From the NCBI GenBank assembly GCA_964481005.1, contig CAYZRY010000003.1:1-61250 (forward strand): DNA of 61,250 nucleotides, given 5' to 3'. Under the pieces are notes generated by a model. It worked only from the letters and a program-made list of their open reading frames with translations, was not told where the DNA came from and ran no database searches. Positions 27,042-34,764 of the stretch are shown in pieces. The stretch comes from an uncultured Muribaculaceae bacterium (GTDB lineage: Bacteria > Bacillota_I > Bacilli_A > RF39 > UBA660). Numbering within the stretch: position 1 is the stretch's first letter; each line of letters starts with the position of its first letter. The translations under genes and the position numbers were made by a program.

Positions 27042-28175
27042 ATGAGCGAATTAAAAGTACTTGAACTCTACGACAATTCGAGCGAACGTAAAAGACAAGA
27101 TTTTGTTAAAAAACATAAATCTAAACTTCGCATTGACCACAACTTCGAAAAAAACATAGTCGATGATTCTTGGCTTGTCGTAATCGAGGAAAATATTCGC
27201 TATTTGGATAATATACTTCGTAATCCAAATCGTTTTATAGTCAATGATGAAGAAGTCGTCAAAGTAGAACTAGCTCGAAGAATTACTGTCGAGAGTATAA
27301 AACATTTATCTAAAAATACTAACTTCATTCAAGAGTTCGATCAAGAAAGTGGCGATGTTAAACCGTCTAAAATATTAAATATCAACAAAGAAGAAAGTTT
27401 TAATACTTACGAAAACAGAGTTATTTATACTCTAATTAAAAACATGGTCATGTACATAGATATTAAGAAGAAAAGTTTAAATCTAGGTATGTCTACTAAA
27501 AATGATAAGTTACTTTCTTATGAAGGTGAATCAAATATTGGTGGTGAGAAAGTTAACATCAGTTTAACCTTAAATAGTAAACTAGATGATCGTAACAGCA
27601 TTGCAGAATTTGAGCAACGCATTAAGAAAGTAGAATTTCAAATCAAAGACTTGATGAACTCAGAAGTCTACAAAAGTATTGAAAGAGCTCGTGTAGCTTT
27701 GATTACTCCACCGATTAAAAAGACTAACTTGATACTTAAAAACGTCAACTTCCAGCATGCTATGACGCTGTGGAACTTCCTTCAAGAAGAAATAGAAGAT
27801 AAATCGGAAGTTAAAGTTGGAAATAATATCGTCGAAGAAGATGAAAAAATGCAAAAACTATTAGATGAGACTTTCCTACTTAACTACTTTATCTTAAACT
27901 CATTTGATAATGATGATGCCGATGAAGAAAAAATTAAAGTTAATCGTGAAATAATACTTAATAACTTAATACAACAATTAGTTATTACCAATGACGATAT
28001 GTCGATTGATCAAATTGGAGATATGCTTAACAAACAGTTCCAACTAGTTAAGAAACAAACACTAGCTACGGAAGAAGAAATTAAAGGTCTTTTTGGAGCA
28101 GCTATGGATGAGTATCTAAAACAGATCGAAGATGTTAAAATAGAGGATGAAAATGAAGAAATTACAGGAAAATAA
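27042..28175 (+). CDS. DUF2357/McrC-like partner protein lacking the PD-(D/E)XK nuclease domain
   Basis: ILRNPNRFI...EVVKVELARRI...KPSKIL...FNTYENRVI...KTNLILKNVNF (DUF2357 pattern), followed by an acidic helical tail with no PD..D/ExK. Confidence 0.75.
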   Translation: MSELKVLELYDNSSERKRQDFVKKHKSKLRIDHNFEKNIVDDSWLVVIEENIRYLDNILRNPNRFIVNDEEVVKVELARRITVESIKHLSKNTNFIQEFDQESGDVKPSKILNINKEESFNTYENRVIYTLIKNMVMYIDIKKKSLNLGMSTKNDKLLSYEGESNIGGEKVNISLTLNSKLDDRNSIAEFEQRIKKVEFQIKDLMNSEVYKSIERARVALITPPIKKTNLILKNVNFQHAMTLWNFLQEEIEDKSEVKVGNNIVEEDEKMQKLLDETFLLNYFILNSFDNDDADEEKIKVNREIILNNLIQQLVITNDDMSIDQIGDMLNKQFQLVKKQTLATEEEIKGLFGAAMDEYLKQIEDVKIEDENEEITGK

Positions 28176-28725
28176 AATAATTAAAATACTATGGGGACTT
28201 ATCAAAGCAATCTTTGGAATAATTATTGCTCTAGTACTGATAATTATAATTACTCAAAGAGTATTCAATAATAAAGTTACATTTATGGGTTATCGAATAT
28301 TTACTGTTGCCAGTGGCAGCATGGAACCCAAATATAAAATACTAGATATGTTACTTGTAAAAGAAATGGAACCAGATAAAATAGTTGTCGGAGATGATCT
28401 AGTATATCGTGGAACCATCGGTACATACGAAGGTAAAGTAATTACCCACCGTGTCATTAAGATACAAGAAAATGAAGGTAAAAAAGTTTTTCATACCCAA
28501 GGTATTTTAGAAAACTCAATGCTTGATCCACTAGTAAGTGAGGATCAAATATTTGGTAAAGTACTATATAAATTACAATTTTTTAGTTTTGTAAATAGAC
28601 TTATCAGTAAACCTATTGGATTTATGATACTTATTGTTCTTCCAATAGCAGTATTAATTCTACTAGAAATAATTGATATTAAAGATAAAAGAGAAAGTTT
28701 GGAGAATGACGAAGACGAAGAATAG
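28147..28725 (+). CDS. sipW: Signal peptidase I, SipW/S26B (Ser/His present)
   Basis: N-terminal TM; VASGSMEP (Ser), VITHRVI (His), HTQG...LDP, IFGKV; C-terminal TM. Confidence 0.88.
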   Translation: MKMKKLQENKIIKILWGLIKAIFGIIIALVLIIIITQRVFNNKVTFMGYRIFTVASGSMEPKYKILDMLLVKEMEPDKIVVGDDLVYRGTIGTYEGKVITHRVIKIQENEGKKVFHTQGILENSMLDPLVSEDQIFGKVLYKLQFFSFVNRLISKPIGFMILIVLPIAVLILLEIIDIKDKRESLENDEDEE

Positions 28726-29302
28726 TACAATTCAAAGCTTAAAAAGAAGTCTCAGATTTAAAGTAATTATCATGCTGGGAATTCTTTTAGTGTTTAACAC
28801 TTTTGCTTGGTTTATCTATTCTTCGACTGTTTCTACTAACATAACAGCTTCGGTCAGATCTTGGCGTATTTCTTTTGAAGCCGAAGATCAAGTTGTACAG
28901 TATGTTAATTTCGATGTCAGTGACCTATTCCCAGGAATGACTAATTATCACAATTCAATTCGTATTATGAACTATGGTGAAGTACAGGCTAGTGTCACTT
29001 ATGAAATCGAAGAACTGCGCATTCTAAATGATATCTATACTAAACAGACTCATACTAGTGCACAGATGCAAGATATACTAAATAACAATCCCTTTACAAC
29101 GACCTTTGGTCTAACTAAAACAATTCTAGAACCTAAGACTGATTATACTGACTTTACTTTAGATATTGTTTGGCCATACGAAAATGGTAATGATGAAGCA
29201 GATACCCTATGGGGACATAAAGCTTACCAATATAAAGAACAGTACCCCGGTGTAAAATTAATCTACATCAAAGTACTGCTCACGGCAACTCAAATTAATT
29301 AG
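28706..29302 (+). CDS. SipW-class signal-peptide protein (TasA/camelysin-like)
   Basis: Start moved to MTKTK (GGAG RBS); TM + NTFA|WFIYS; DLFPG...IMNYGEV; WPYENGNDEADTLWG; ends TATQIN. Confidence 0.8.
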   Translation: MTKTKNSTIQSLKRSLRFKVIIMLGILLVFNTFAWFIYSSTVSTNITASVRSWRISFEAEDQVVQYVNFDVSDLFPGMTNYHNSIRIMNYGEVQASVTYEIEELRILNDIYTKQTHTSAQMQDILNNNPFTTTFGLTKTILEPKTDYTDFTLDIVWPYENGNDEADTLWGHKAYQYKEQYPGVKLIYIKVLLTATQIN

Positions 29303-29885
29303 CTAGCTGTTTAAAGTTTATCAAAACATTTATAACAGCTTTTTTGTTGGTCAAAGATGCATCTGTATCGGCAGCATTGTCCATTGTCTCAGTTACTGAA
29401 TCTTCCCAAGTCGTATATATTCTTATCGTTTTAGTACGCTGCGTTTCGGTAAGAAGAACTGTCCCGGTAAGATTACTGATTGCTCCGTTTACCGGGACAA
29501 TGGATCCACCGTTTTCAGAATAACCAGTTACTTTTAAATCACTTACTGCCTCGGCCTGAGGAACAGTAGTGACAATATTATATTCAAATGATGTGTCAAC
29601 TTTAGAATAGTCGAGGACCAGATCAAAGTATGCTACTGACCTGGGTGCCATCACTCCTTCTTTGACATGATCACTGCTCATAATGGTCGGAGTTATAGTG
29701 TTTGTCAAATAAGAGCTTTGCACAACATCTTGGCCATTGACAACAATCTGCCATCTAGCTATCGACATTGAAGCACTACCAAAAGCAGAAGTATTGTACT
29801 TACTGTACGTCTCCTGCACCATGCTTATCAAAGCAAAAAGAGATATGAACGCTAATGCTAATTTAATCTTTTGAAACTTTGGCAT
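29295..29885 (-). CDS. SipW-class signal-peptide protein (TasA/camelysin-like), convergent on the right arm
   Basis: TM + ETYS|KYNTS; ARWQIVVN; MAPRSVAYFDLVLD; WEDSV...NAADT; ends NFKQLAN; GAGGGAAGGGG RBS. Confidence 0.8.
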   Translation of the reverse strand: MPKFQKIKLALAFISLFALISMVQETYSKYNTSAFGSASMSIARWQIVVNGQDVVQSSYLTNTITPTIMSSDHVKEGVMAPRSVAYFDLVLDYSKVDTSFEYNIVTTVPQAEAVSDLKVTGYSENGGSIVPVNGAISNLTGTVLLTETQRTKTIRIYTTWEDSVTETMDNAADTDASLTNKKAVINVLINFKQLAN

Positions 29886-29932
29886 AATCCCCTTCCCTCT
29901 TTACAATAGAATAACACAAAATGTGTCAAACG

Positions 29933-29982
29933 TTTGTAATTTTATTGTAAATTGTTTGTCTAGTTTACAATAAAATTGTAAA
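29933..29982. promoter_or_regulatory. Inverted repeat / tandem operator-like sites upstream of 29885
   Basis: 19-bp arms (2 mismatches) 12 nt apart; the right arm is itself a perfect palindrome, TTTACAAT-AAA-ATTGTAAA (29964-29982). Confidence 0.5.
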
Positions 29983-29990
29983 TGGGAATT

Positions 29991-30013
29991 AAAAAACACC
30001 ACTTGGTGTTTTT
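29991..30013 (-). terminator. Intrinsic terminator after 30012..30575
   Basis: AAAAAACACC-ACTT-GGTGTTTTT. Confidence 0.8.
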
Positions 30014-30575
30014 ATATGTTTTGATATTTTTTTATTTTAATGTTTTCTTTAGTTTCACTGGCTGTACTTTGATAAGCTGAGATGATTTCAACCATCATCG
30101 GATGAGTTATTCTCCATCGATCAAACGCATGATATGAATTTAATAATGCTTGATACATCTTATAATCTCCAAATATTATCTCGTTTGTTTTGACATCTCT
30201 AAGACGTTGATGAATCTTTAAGTTGATGTCACACAAATCGTTAACAAACGGTCTGTTTACCTGTTTAGATAGGTTGACTCCTACTCTAACTTGATCAAGT
30301 TGCCTAGCAAAATAATCGGCCATACCTTGGGCATTTAATCCAAGCTCTGGCGAAGTTAACTTACTAAATGTTAGTGTAATTAATCTCCTCAAGTCATAAT
30401 ACATCACTTCGTTTTCGCCATTTAAATGTGGCATAAACATCTCGTCATTAATTATGCTAGCAACTTCGAACATGACATCATTAATGTCATAAACGTTAGG
30501 ATCGGCCATCTGATCGGCTTCTATTTCCTTGATGGCTTCTTTAAGTCTAGTGTGTAATATTTCTCTATAATACAT
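30012..30575 (-). CDS. Hypothetical protein
   Basis: 187-aa ORF with an AGGGGG RBS; no family recognised. Confidence 0.75.
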   Translation of the reverse strand: MYYREILHTRLKEAIKEIEADQMADPNVYDINDVMFEVASIINDEMFMPHLNGENEVMYYDLRRLITLTFSKLTSPELGLNAQGMADYFARQLDQVRVGVNLSKQVNRPFVNDLCDINLKIHQRLRDVKTNEIIFGDYKMYQALLNSYHAFDRWRITHPMMVEIISAYQSTASETKENIKIKKYQNI

Positions 30576-30600
30576 ATTTACCCCCTATGTAATATTTTTA

Positions 30601-31506
30601 TTAAAAATTACTTTCTATATAACTAACCGCTTCCAAAGCTGCTATTGTACCATCACTTACTGCAGTTGTTAATTGTCTAATTTCTTTTGTGCGACAATCT
30701 CCACTGGCATATATTCCTTCGACACTTGTTTTCATGTCTTCACCAGCATCTATATAACCATACTTGTCCAGTTTTAGATATCCATTTAGAAACTCTAAGT
30801 TAGGAACACTACCTATCGCTAGGAACAACCCATCAAGTTCAACTGTTTGTGTTTGACCTTTATGAGTTATTTCAACACTTTCAAGTTTACTGTCACCATT
30901 TATTTTACTGACAATTGTTTCATAATGGAGTTCAACATTAGGTAATTGTTTGATTCTTTCGATACTTAAGTTATCACCAGTCATCTCTTCGGCTCTGACA
31001 AAGACATAAACCTTTTTAGAATATTTAGCTAGTGCTAGGACTGAAATAATAGCTGTGTTTCTTCCTCCAACTACGGCAACTGTTTTATCTTTGTAAAAAT
31101 TCCCATCACAAGTAGCGCAGTAACTTAATCCCCTACCAACTAGTTTATCTTCATTTTCAAGACCAAGCTTCTTTTCACGAGAACCGGCTGCAACGATTAC
31201 TGTCTTAGCTGTGTATTCACCCTTATCAGTAATAACTTTAATTTCTTGGCCCACTCTTTCAATATTTGTTACTTCTTCGGTATTGATTGAAATACCTAGA
31301 TTTTTTAATTGATCATGTAAATTCATTGCTAGACTTGGACCGTCAATGTGACTAAAACCAGGATAGTTTTCTATATCATTAGTTTGAACAATCTGTCCTC
31401 CATAAATGTATTTTTCAACTATCTTTACCTCGTATCCTGCTCTTTTAGCATAGATAGCCGCAGTCATTCCCGAAACTCCTGCACCAATAATAAATATATC
31501 TATCAT
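30601..31506 (-). CDS. trxB: Thioredoxin reductase
   Basis: IIGAGVSG FAD motif, GGQI, SYCATCDG redox CxxC, VVGGRNTA, ASGDC. Confidence 0.96.
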   Translation of the reverse strand: MIDIFIIGAGVSGMTAAIYAKRAGYEVKIVEKYIYGGQIVQTNDIENYPGFSHIDGPSLAMNLHDQLKNLGISINTEEVTNIERVGQEIKVITDKGEYTAKTVIVAAGSREKKLGLENEDKLVGRGLSYCATCDGNFYKDKTVAVVGGRNTAIISVLALAKYSKKVYVFVRAEEMTGDNLSIERIKQLPNVELHYETIVSKINGDSKLESVEITHKGQTQTVELDGLFLAIGSVPNLEFLNGYLKLDKYGYIDAGEDMKTSVEGIYASGDCRTKEIRQLTTAVSDGTIAALEAVSYIESNF

Positions 31507-31970
31507 TTAATCTTAACCTTTCTTTTATCCAATAGTTCTTCCGGATAATAAGAACCTGAGTCAGTAGTTATTTGTCTATTTATAAAATCTACTTTGACAT
31601 AGCGTGATTGTAGATCTCTCAAACGATTAACAACGCTTCCTTCAAAGTAATTATCCATAAATGACAAACTATTTTCTAACATAATCATATTAGGGTTATT
31701 TTTCCCATAAGGTTCTATACCTCTAATTATACCCCAAAATATAGGTTTTTCATCTATGTTTTTAGCTATTGTATTAATTGCCTGATATATTTTATTAGCA
31801 TGTCCGTATTCTAAGTCAAATTCATAGGAAGTACTAGTCCAAATATGTCCAAGTGAAGCAAAGTTAAACCCCATCGTGTAAATTCCCACACAGCACATAA
31901 AATAATCCGATACTAAAACAGATTGTTTGGTCTCTTTGTACTCGCCAGTATAAACAATTATCTCTTTCAT
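31503..31970 (-). CDS. Hypothetical protein; possible CheD/YfiH-like Cys-His deamidase fold
   Basis: Coupled to both neighbours by ATGA overlaps; FMCCVGIYTMGFNFASLGHIW resembles the CheD Cys...His spacing. Confidence 0.55.
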   Translation of the reverse strand: MKEIIVYTGEYKETKQSVLVSDYFMCCVGIYTMGFNFASLGHIWTSTSYEFDLEYGHANKIYQAINTIAKNIDEKPIFWGIIRGIEPYGKNNPNMIMLENSLSFMDNYFEGSVVNRLRDLQSRYVKVDFINRQITTDSGSYYPEELLDKRKVKIK

Positions 31971-32734
31971 TTTCTAACACCTATTTCTTTGACTAATTTT
32001 TTTATTTTATTAGTCTTATCATCGAAGGCTTCAACTAGTGTTAAGTCATCCAGCTTACTATCTATTAATTTTTCTCTAAGAAGTTTTTTATCTAATACAT
32101 AGTTTTCCGCATAATATTTATTCATTTGATAAAGTCTAACATAAATATATTTTGTCATTAATTCTTCATTTGCTTCGCCAATATATAACTGATTACTGTC
32201 AAAATCAATTAACTGCATATCTTCATCTTTTTCACGATAGAGAATATTATTATTATTTTCTACATCTTTAGAAAATACTCCGTGAGCAATTAATTCATCC
32301 TGACGATATCGGTATTCATCTAGTAAATCTATTGTTTTCTGATAACCTAAATCCAGTCTTGAAAGCGGCTCATAATCCTTGTGATACTTTAAAATTAGTG
32401 CTGCTGGTCTTCCTTGGAAATAAGCTATTGCCTGTGGAAATGTACTTGATTTTACTTTATTTTGAATCATTGTCAAATAGTTTTGTTGCTTTAAAACATC
32501 AGTTGAAAATAACAAGTTTTCTATTTTATTATTTAGACGGCTCTTATTATTAAAATAGTAAAATATTTCTCCTTCACTTGGAAAAGTACCAGAGTTTAAC
32601 ATTTGATTTTCAAATTTAATTAAATGATTATCATCATAAACATAGACAGTTCCATAAGAACCCTGTCCAATTCTTTTGTTTTTAAATATTACTCTTACAA
32701 TTGTCTCGTAATCTATGTCTATTATTTTAATCAT
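31967..32734 (-). CDS. Atypical protein-kinase-like protein
   Basis: IGQGSYGTVY Gly loop, LIKF Lys, KDVENNNNIL catalytic loop, LIDFD. Confidence 0.78.
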   Translation of the reverse strand: MIKIIDIDYETIVRVIFKNKRIGQGSYGTVYVYDDNHLIKFENQMLNSGTFPSEGEIFYYFNNKSRLNNKIENLLFSTDVLKQQNYLTMIQNKVKSSTFPQAIAYFQGRPAALILKYHKDYEPLSRLDLGYQKTIDLLDEYRYRQDELIAHGVFSKDVENNNNILYREKDEDMQLIDFDSNQLYIGEANEELMTKYIYVRLYQMNKYYAENYVLDKKLLREKLIDSKLDDLTLVEAFDDKTNKIKKLVKEIGVRK

Positions 32735-32735
32735 A

Positions 32736-33500
32736 TTACCAGCGATGCTTTCCTGATCTAAGTCCTAAAGACTTAGTATAACCTAGTGTTTTTTCTTTAA
32801 GTTCAAAGAATCTATCTCTATCCATCTTACTACCGATTAAATCATCAGTTAATGCTTGGTATTCTTCAAGTTCATGAACAAAATTGCGATTACTTTCAAT
32901 ATAGTCCTCACAAAGTAGTTCTAACAGTGTTTTTTCTGCTGAAGGTTTATTTTTGCTACAGACCATCATCGCAGGACCATCGAAGTCAATCAGCTGAAGA
33001 TCTCCGTCACTATCTCGGTATAAGTTGTTAATTGGTGAAACCCCATCAAAATGATAGATGGCATTGTCTGCTAGTTCTAAGATGCGCTCAACCTTTTTAT
33101 CGTAGATGATTTCTTTTTCATAGAAACTATGTTCTAGGTGACACAAGCTTTTATAACCTTTATGGTGTTTCATAACTAAAGCAATTGGTGTACCTTCCAT
33201 ATAAACTAGTGCTCTTGGTAAGGTACTCTTAGTAATTTTAGCTCTTCGTTCAGCTAAACGACTTTGTTGGAGCTCTATATCACAGCAAAATAAACCAGTC
33301 TTTCCGGCATTGAAACGCTCTAATGCTGTCTTTTGTTTAGAGTCAAAAAACATTAGAAAACGATGATCTATTTTAATTATCTCATCTTCTCCATACTCAA
33401 AAACGGAACCGTAACTACCAGATCCGATAAAATCATTTTCCCTAAGTAATTTAGATAACTCTCTTTTACTGATATTTATTTTTTCCACAATAACCCCCAT
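32736..33500 (-). CDS. Atypical protein-kinase-like protein (paralog of 31967..32734)
   Basis: IGSGSYGSVF, IIKI, YHFDGVSPINNLY, LQLIDFDG. Confidence 0.78.
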   Translation of the reverse strand: MGVIVEKINISKRELSKLLRENDFIGSGSYGSVFEYGEDEIIKIDHRFLMFFDSKQKTALERFNAGKTGLFCCDIELQQSRLAERRAKITKSTLPRALVYMEGTPIALVMKHHKGYKSLCHLEHSFYEKEIIYDKKVERILELADNAIYHFDGVSPINNLYRDSDGDLQLIDFDGPAMMVCSKNKPSAEKTLLELLCEDYIESNRNFVHELEEYQALTDDLIGSKMDRDRFFELKEKTLGYTKSLGLRSGKHRW

Positions 33501-33528
33501 TAGTGGCTATATTATACCACAAAAGTGC

Positions 33529-34569
33529 CTAAATTGGAAGTTTTTTGTACCTTGACTTAAGCTCTATAATAGCTACCGATATAGCATGAACAATAAGTAA
33601 AGCTAAAATCATTTTAACAAAAGCTATGCGATAAGACTGCTGACCAAATTTAAATACTTCAGGAATGAAATTATTTAGCATTAAAAAGACTAGTGGATGA
33701 ACTAAATAGTAATAGCTATAAAGTTGTCTTAGGGGTTGTTTAAACTCGATAAATGGAAGTTTCTTAGTATGTAAGAAAGTCGTAAAGGCATAGTATGAAA
33801 GCGGGACCGCAGAAATAAGAATATTGCTATCCATTCGTTTAATACCATGAATTACATATATCTCTAGGATAAAAACTATTAAAAAGAGAATTGTCTTAGA
33901 AAAACTGTGCTTTATTCTTCGTTCACTTTGTTGACCTAGATAATACCCTAGTGTGACATAGAACATTCCGAAGAAGAGAAAGTTTCTAGTTGTAAAGAAG
34001 TATTCAAAGTAAATATCCATTATATGTTTTAAACCCGATGGTAGTGCTCCGTAATAAGTTTCAAAAGATCCGATAAGAAGAAATATAAAGAAAATAACCA
34101 GTATTTTAGCTACGGAAATATATTTCTTTAAAAACTTCAGTAAAAGAAGTGAAACTATCAAGGCTGGGAAATACCATAAATGGTAATAGGTTCCTATGTA
34201 GAAAAGACCGACAAATATCGCCAGTGGATATAAACTTGGATGTAATCCCATTTCTTTGATATAACCAAATCCTTGAGGAACGTAGAGCAAGCTCCAGAAA
34301 AGATACTGGGGAATTAACGCTTTAATATATTTATATATGTAGTTTGGATCTTTCTCTTCTTTTTTAACGACAAAATAACCAGTTATCATAAAGAATAACG
34401 GTACACATAGTCTAACTATCGTATTGTTAAGCAAGAATGTTGCAAATGGTGATCTATCATTAAATGGACCCAAATGAACAAAAATTATTAAGACAGAAGA
34501 AAGATATCTAGCAAGATCTAGATTATAATATTTATCACTTGATTTTTTAATACTTATTTTCTTCTTCAT
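33529..34569 (-). CDS. Acyltransferase family 3 (OafA-like) membrane protein
   Basis: LDLARYLSSVLIIFVH, RLCVPLFFMITGY, HLWYFPAL; about 10 TM segments. Confidence 0.9.
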   Translation of the reverse strand: MKKKISIKKSSDKYYNLDLARYLSSVLIIFVHLGPFNDRSPFATFLLNNTIVRLCVPLFFMITGYFVVKKEEKDPNYIYKYIKALIPQYLFWSLLYVPQGFGYIKEMGLHPSLYPLAIFVGLFYIGTYYHLWYFPALIVSLLLLKFLKKYISVAKILVIFFIFLLIGSFETYYGALPSGLKHIMDIYFEYFFTTRNFLFFGMFYVTLGYYLGQQSERRIKHSFSKTILFLIVFILEIYVIHGIKRMDSNILISAVPLSYYAFTTFLHTKKLPFIEFKQPLRQLYSYYYLVHPLVFLMLNNFIPEVFKFGQQSYRIAFVKMILALLIVHAISVAIIELKSRYKKLPI

Positions 34570-34609
34570 ATTATAGTTTAATTATATCACTTGCCTAATA
34601 CATAGCAAT

Positions 34610-34632
34610 AAAAAAACAGTTATAAACTGTTT
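34610..34632 (-). terminator. Intrinsic terminator after tRNA-Val
   Basis: AAACAGTT-ATA-AACTGTTT with a minus-strand U run. Confidence 0.75.
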
Positions 34633-34643
34633 CTTTCCTCAAA

Positions 34644-34720
34644 TGGTGGGCGATATAGGACTCGAACCTATGACCTCCTGCACGTCAAGCAGGCACTCTA
34701 ACCAACTGAGCTAATCGCCC
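34644..34720 (-). tRNA. tRNA-Val (anticodon GAC)
   Basis: Reverse complement GGGCGATTAGCTCAGTTGGTTAGAGTGCCTGCTTGACGTGCAGGAGGTCATAGGTTCGAGTCCTATATCGCCCACCA. Confidence 0.98.
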
Positions 34721-34764
34721 GTAAAGTAAATATATTATAACATATATCTACTTACTGTAAAAGA

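Noticed and set aside
25511-28175. Classical McrBC type IV restriction system
   Set aside because: The McrB homologue has TM plus coiled coil instead of a DNA-binding domain, and the partner shows no PD-(D/E)XK motif. Reported instead as a repurposed module.
8971-29885. Type IV pilus or sortase-assembled pilus
   Set aside because: No class III (G|FxxxE) prepilin motifs, prepilin peptidase, PilB/PilT or PilC; no LPXTG motifs or sortase. The signal peptides and peptidases are SipW-type.
31503-31506. Mycoplasma-type genetic code 4 (TGA = Trp), considered because of the low GC
   Set aside because: TGA acts as a stop in ATGA gene overlaps, long ORFs are open under code 11, and the conserved Trp checked (tyrS QWGN) is TGG.
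30012-34720. tRNA-Val-anchored genomic island or prophage
   Set aside because: No integrase, transposase or phage genes, and I found no duplicate of the tRNA 3' end; trxB lies inside the interval.
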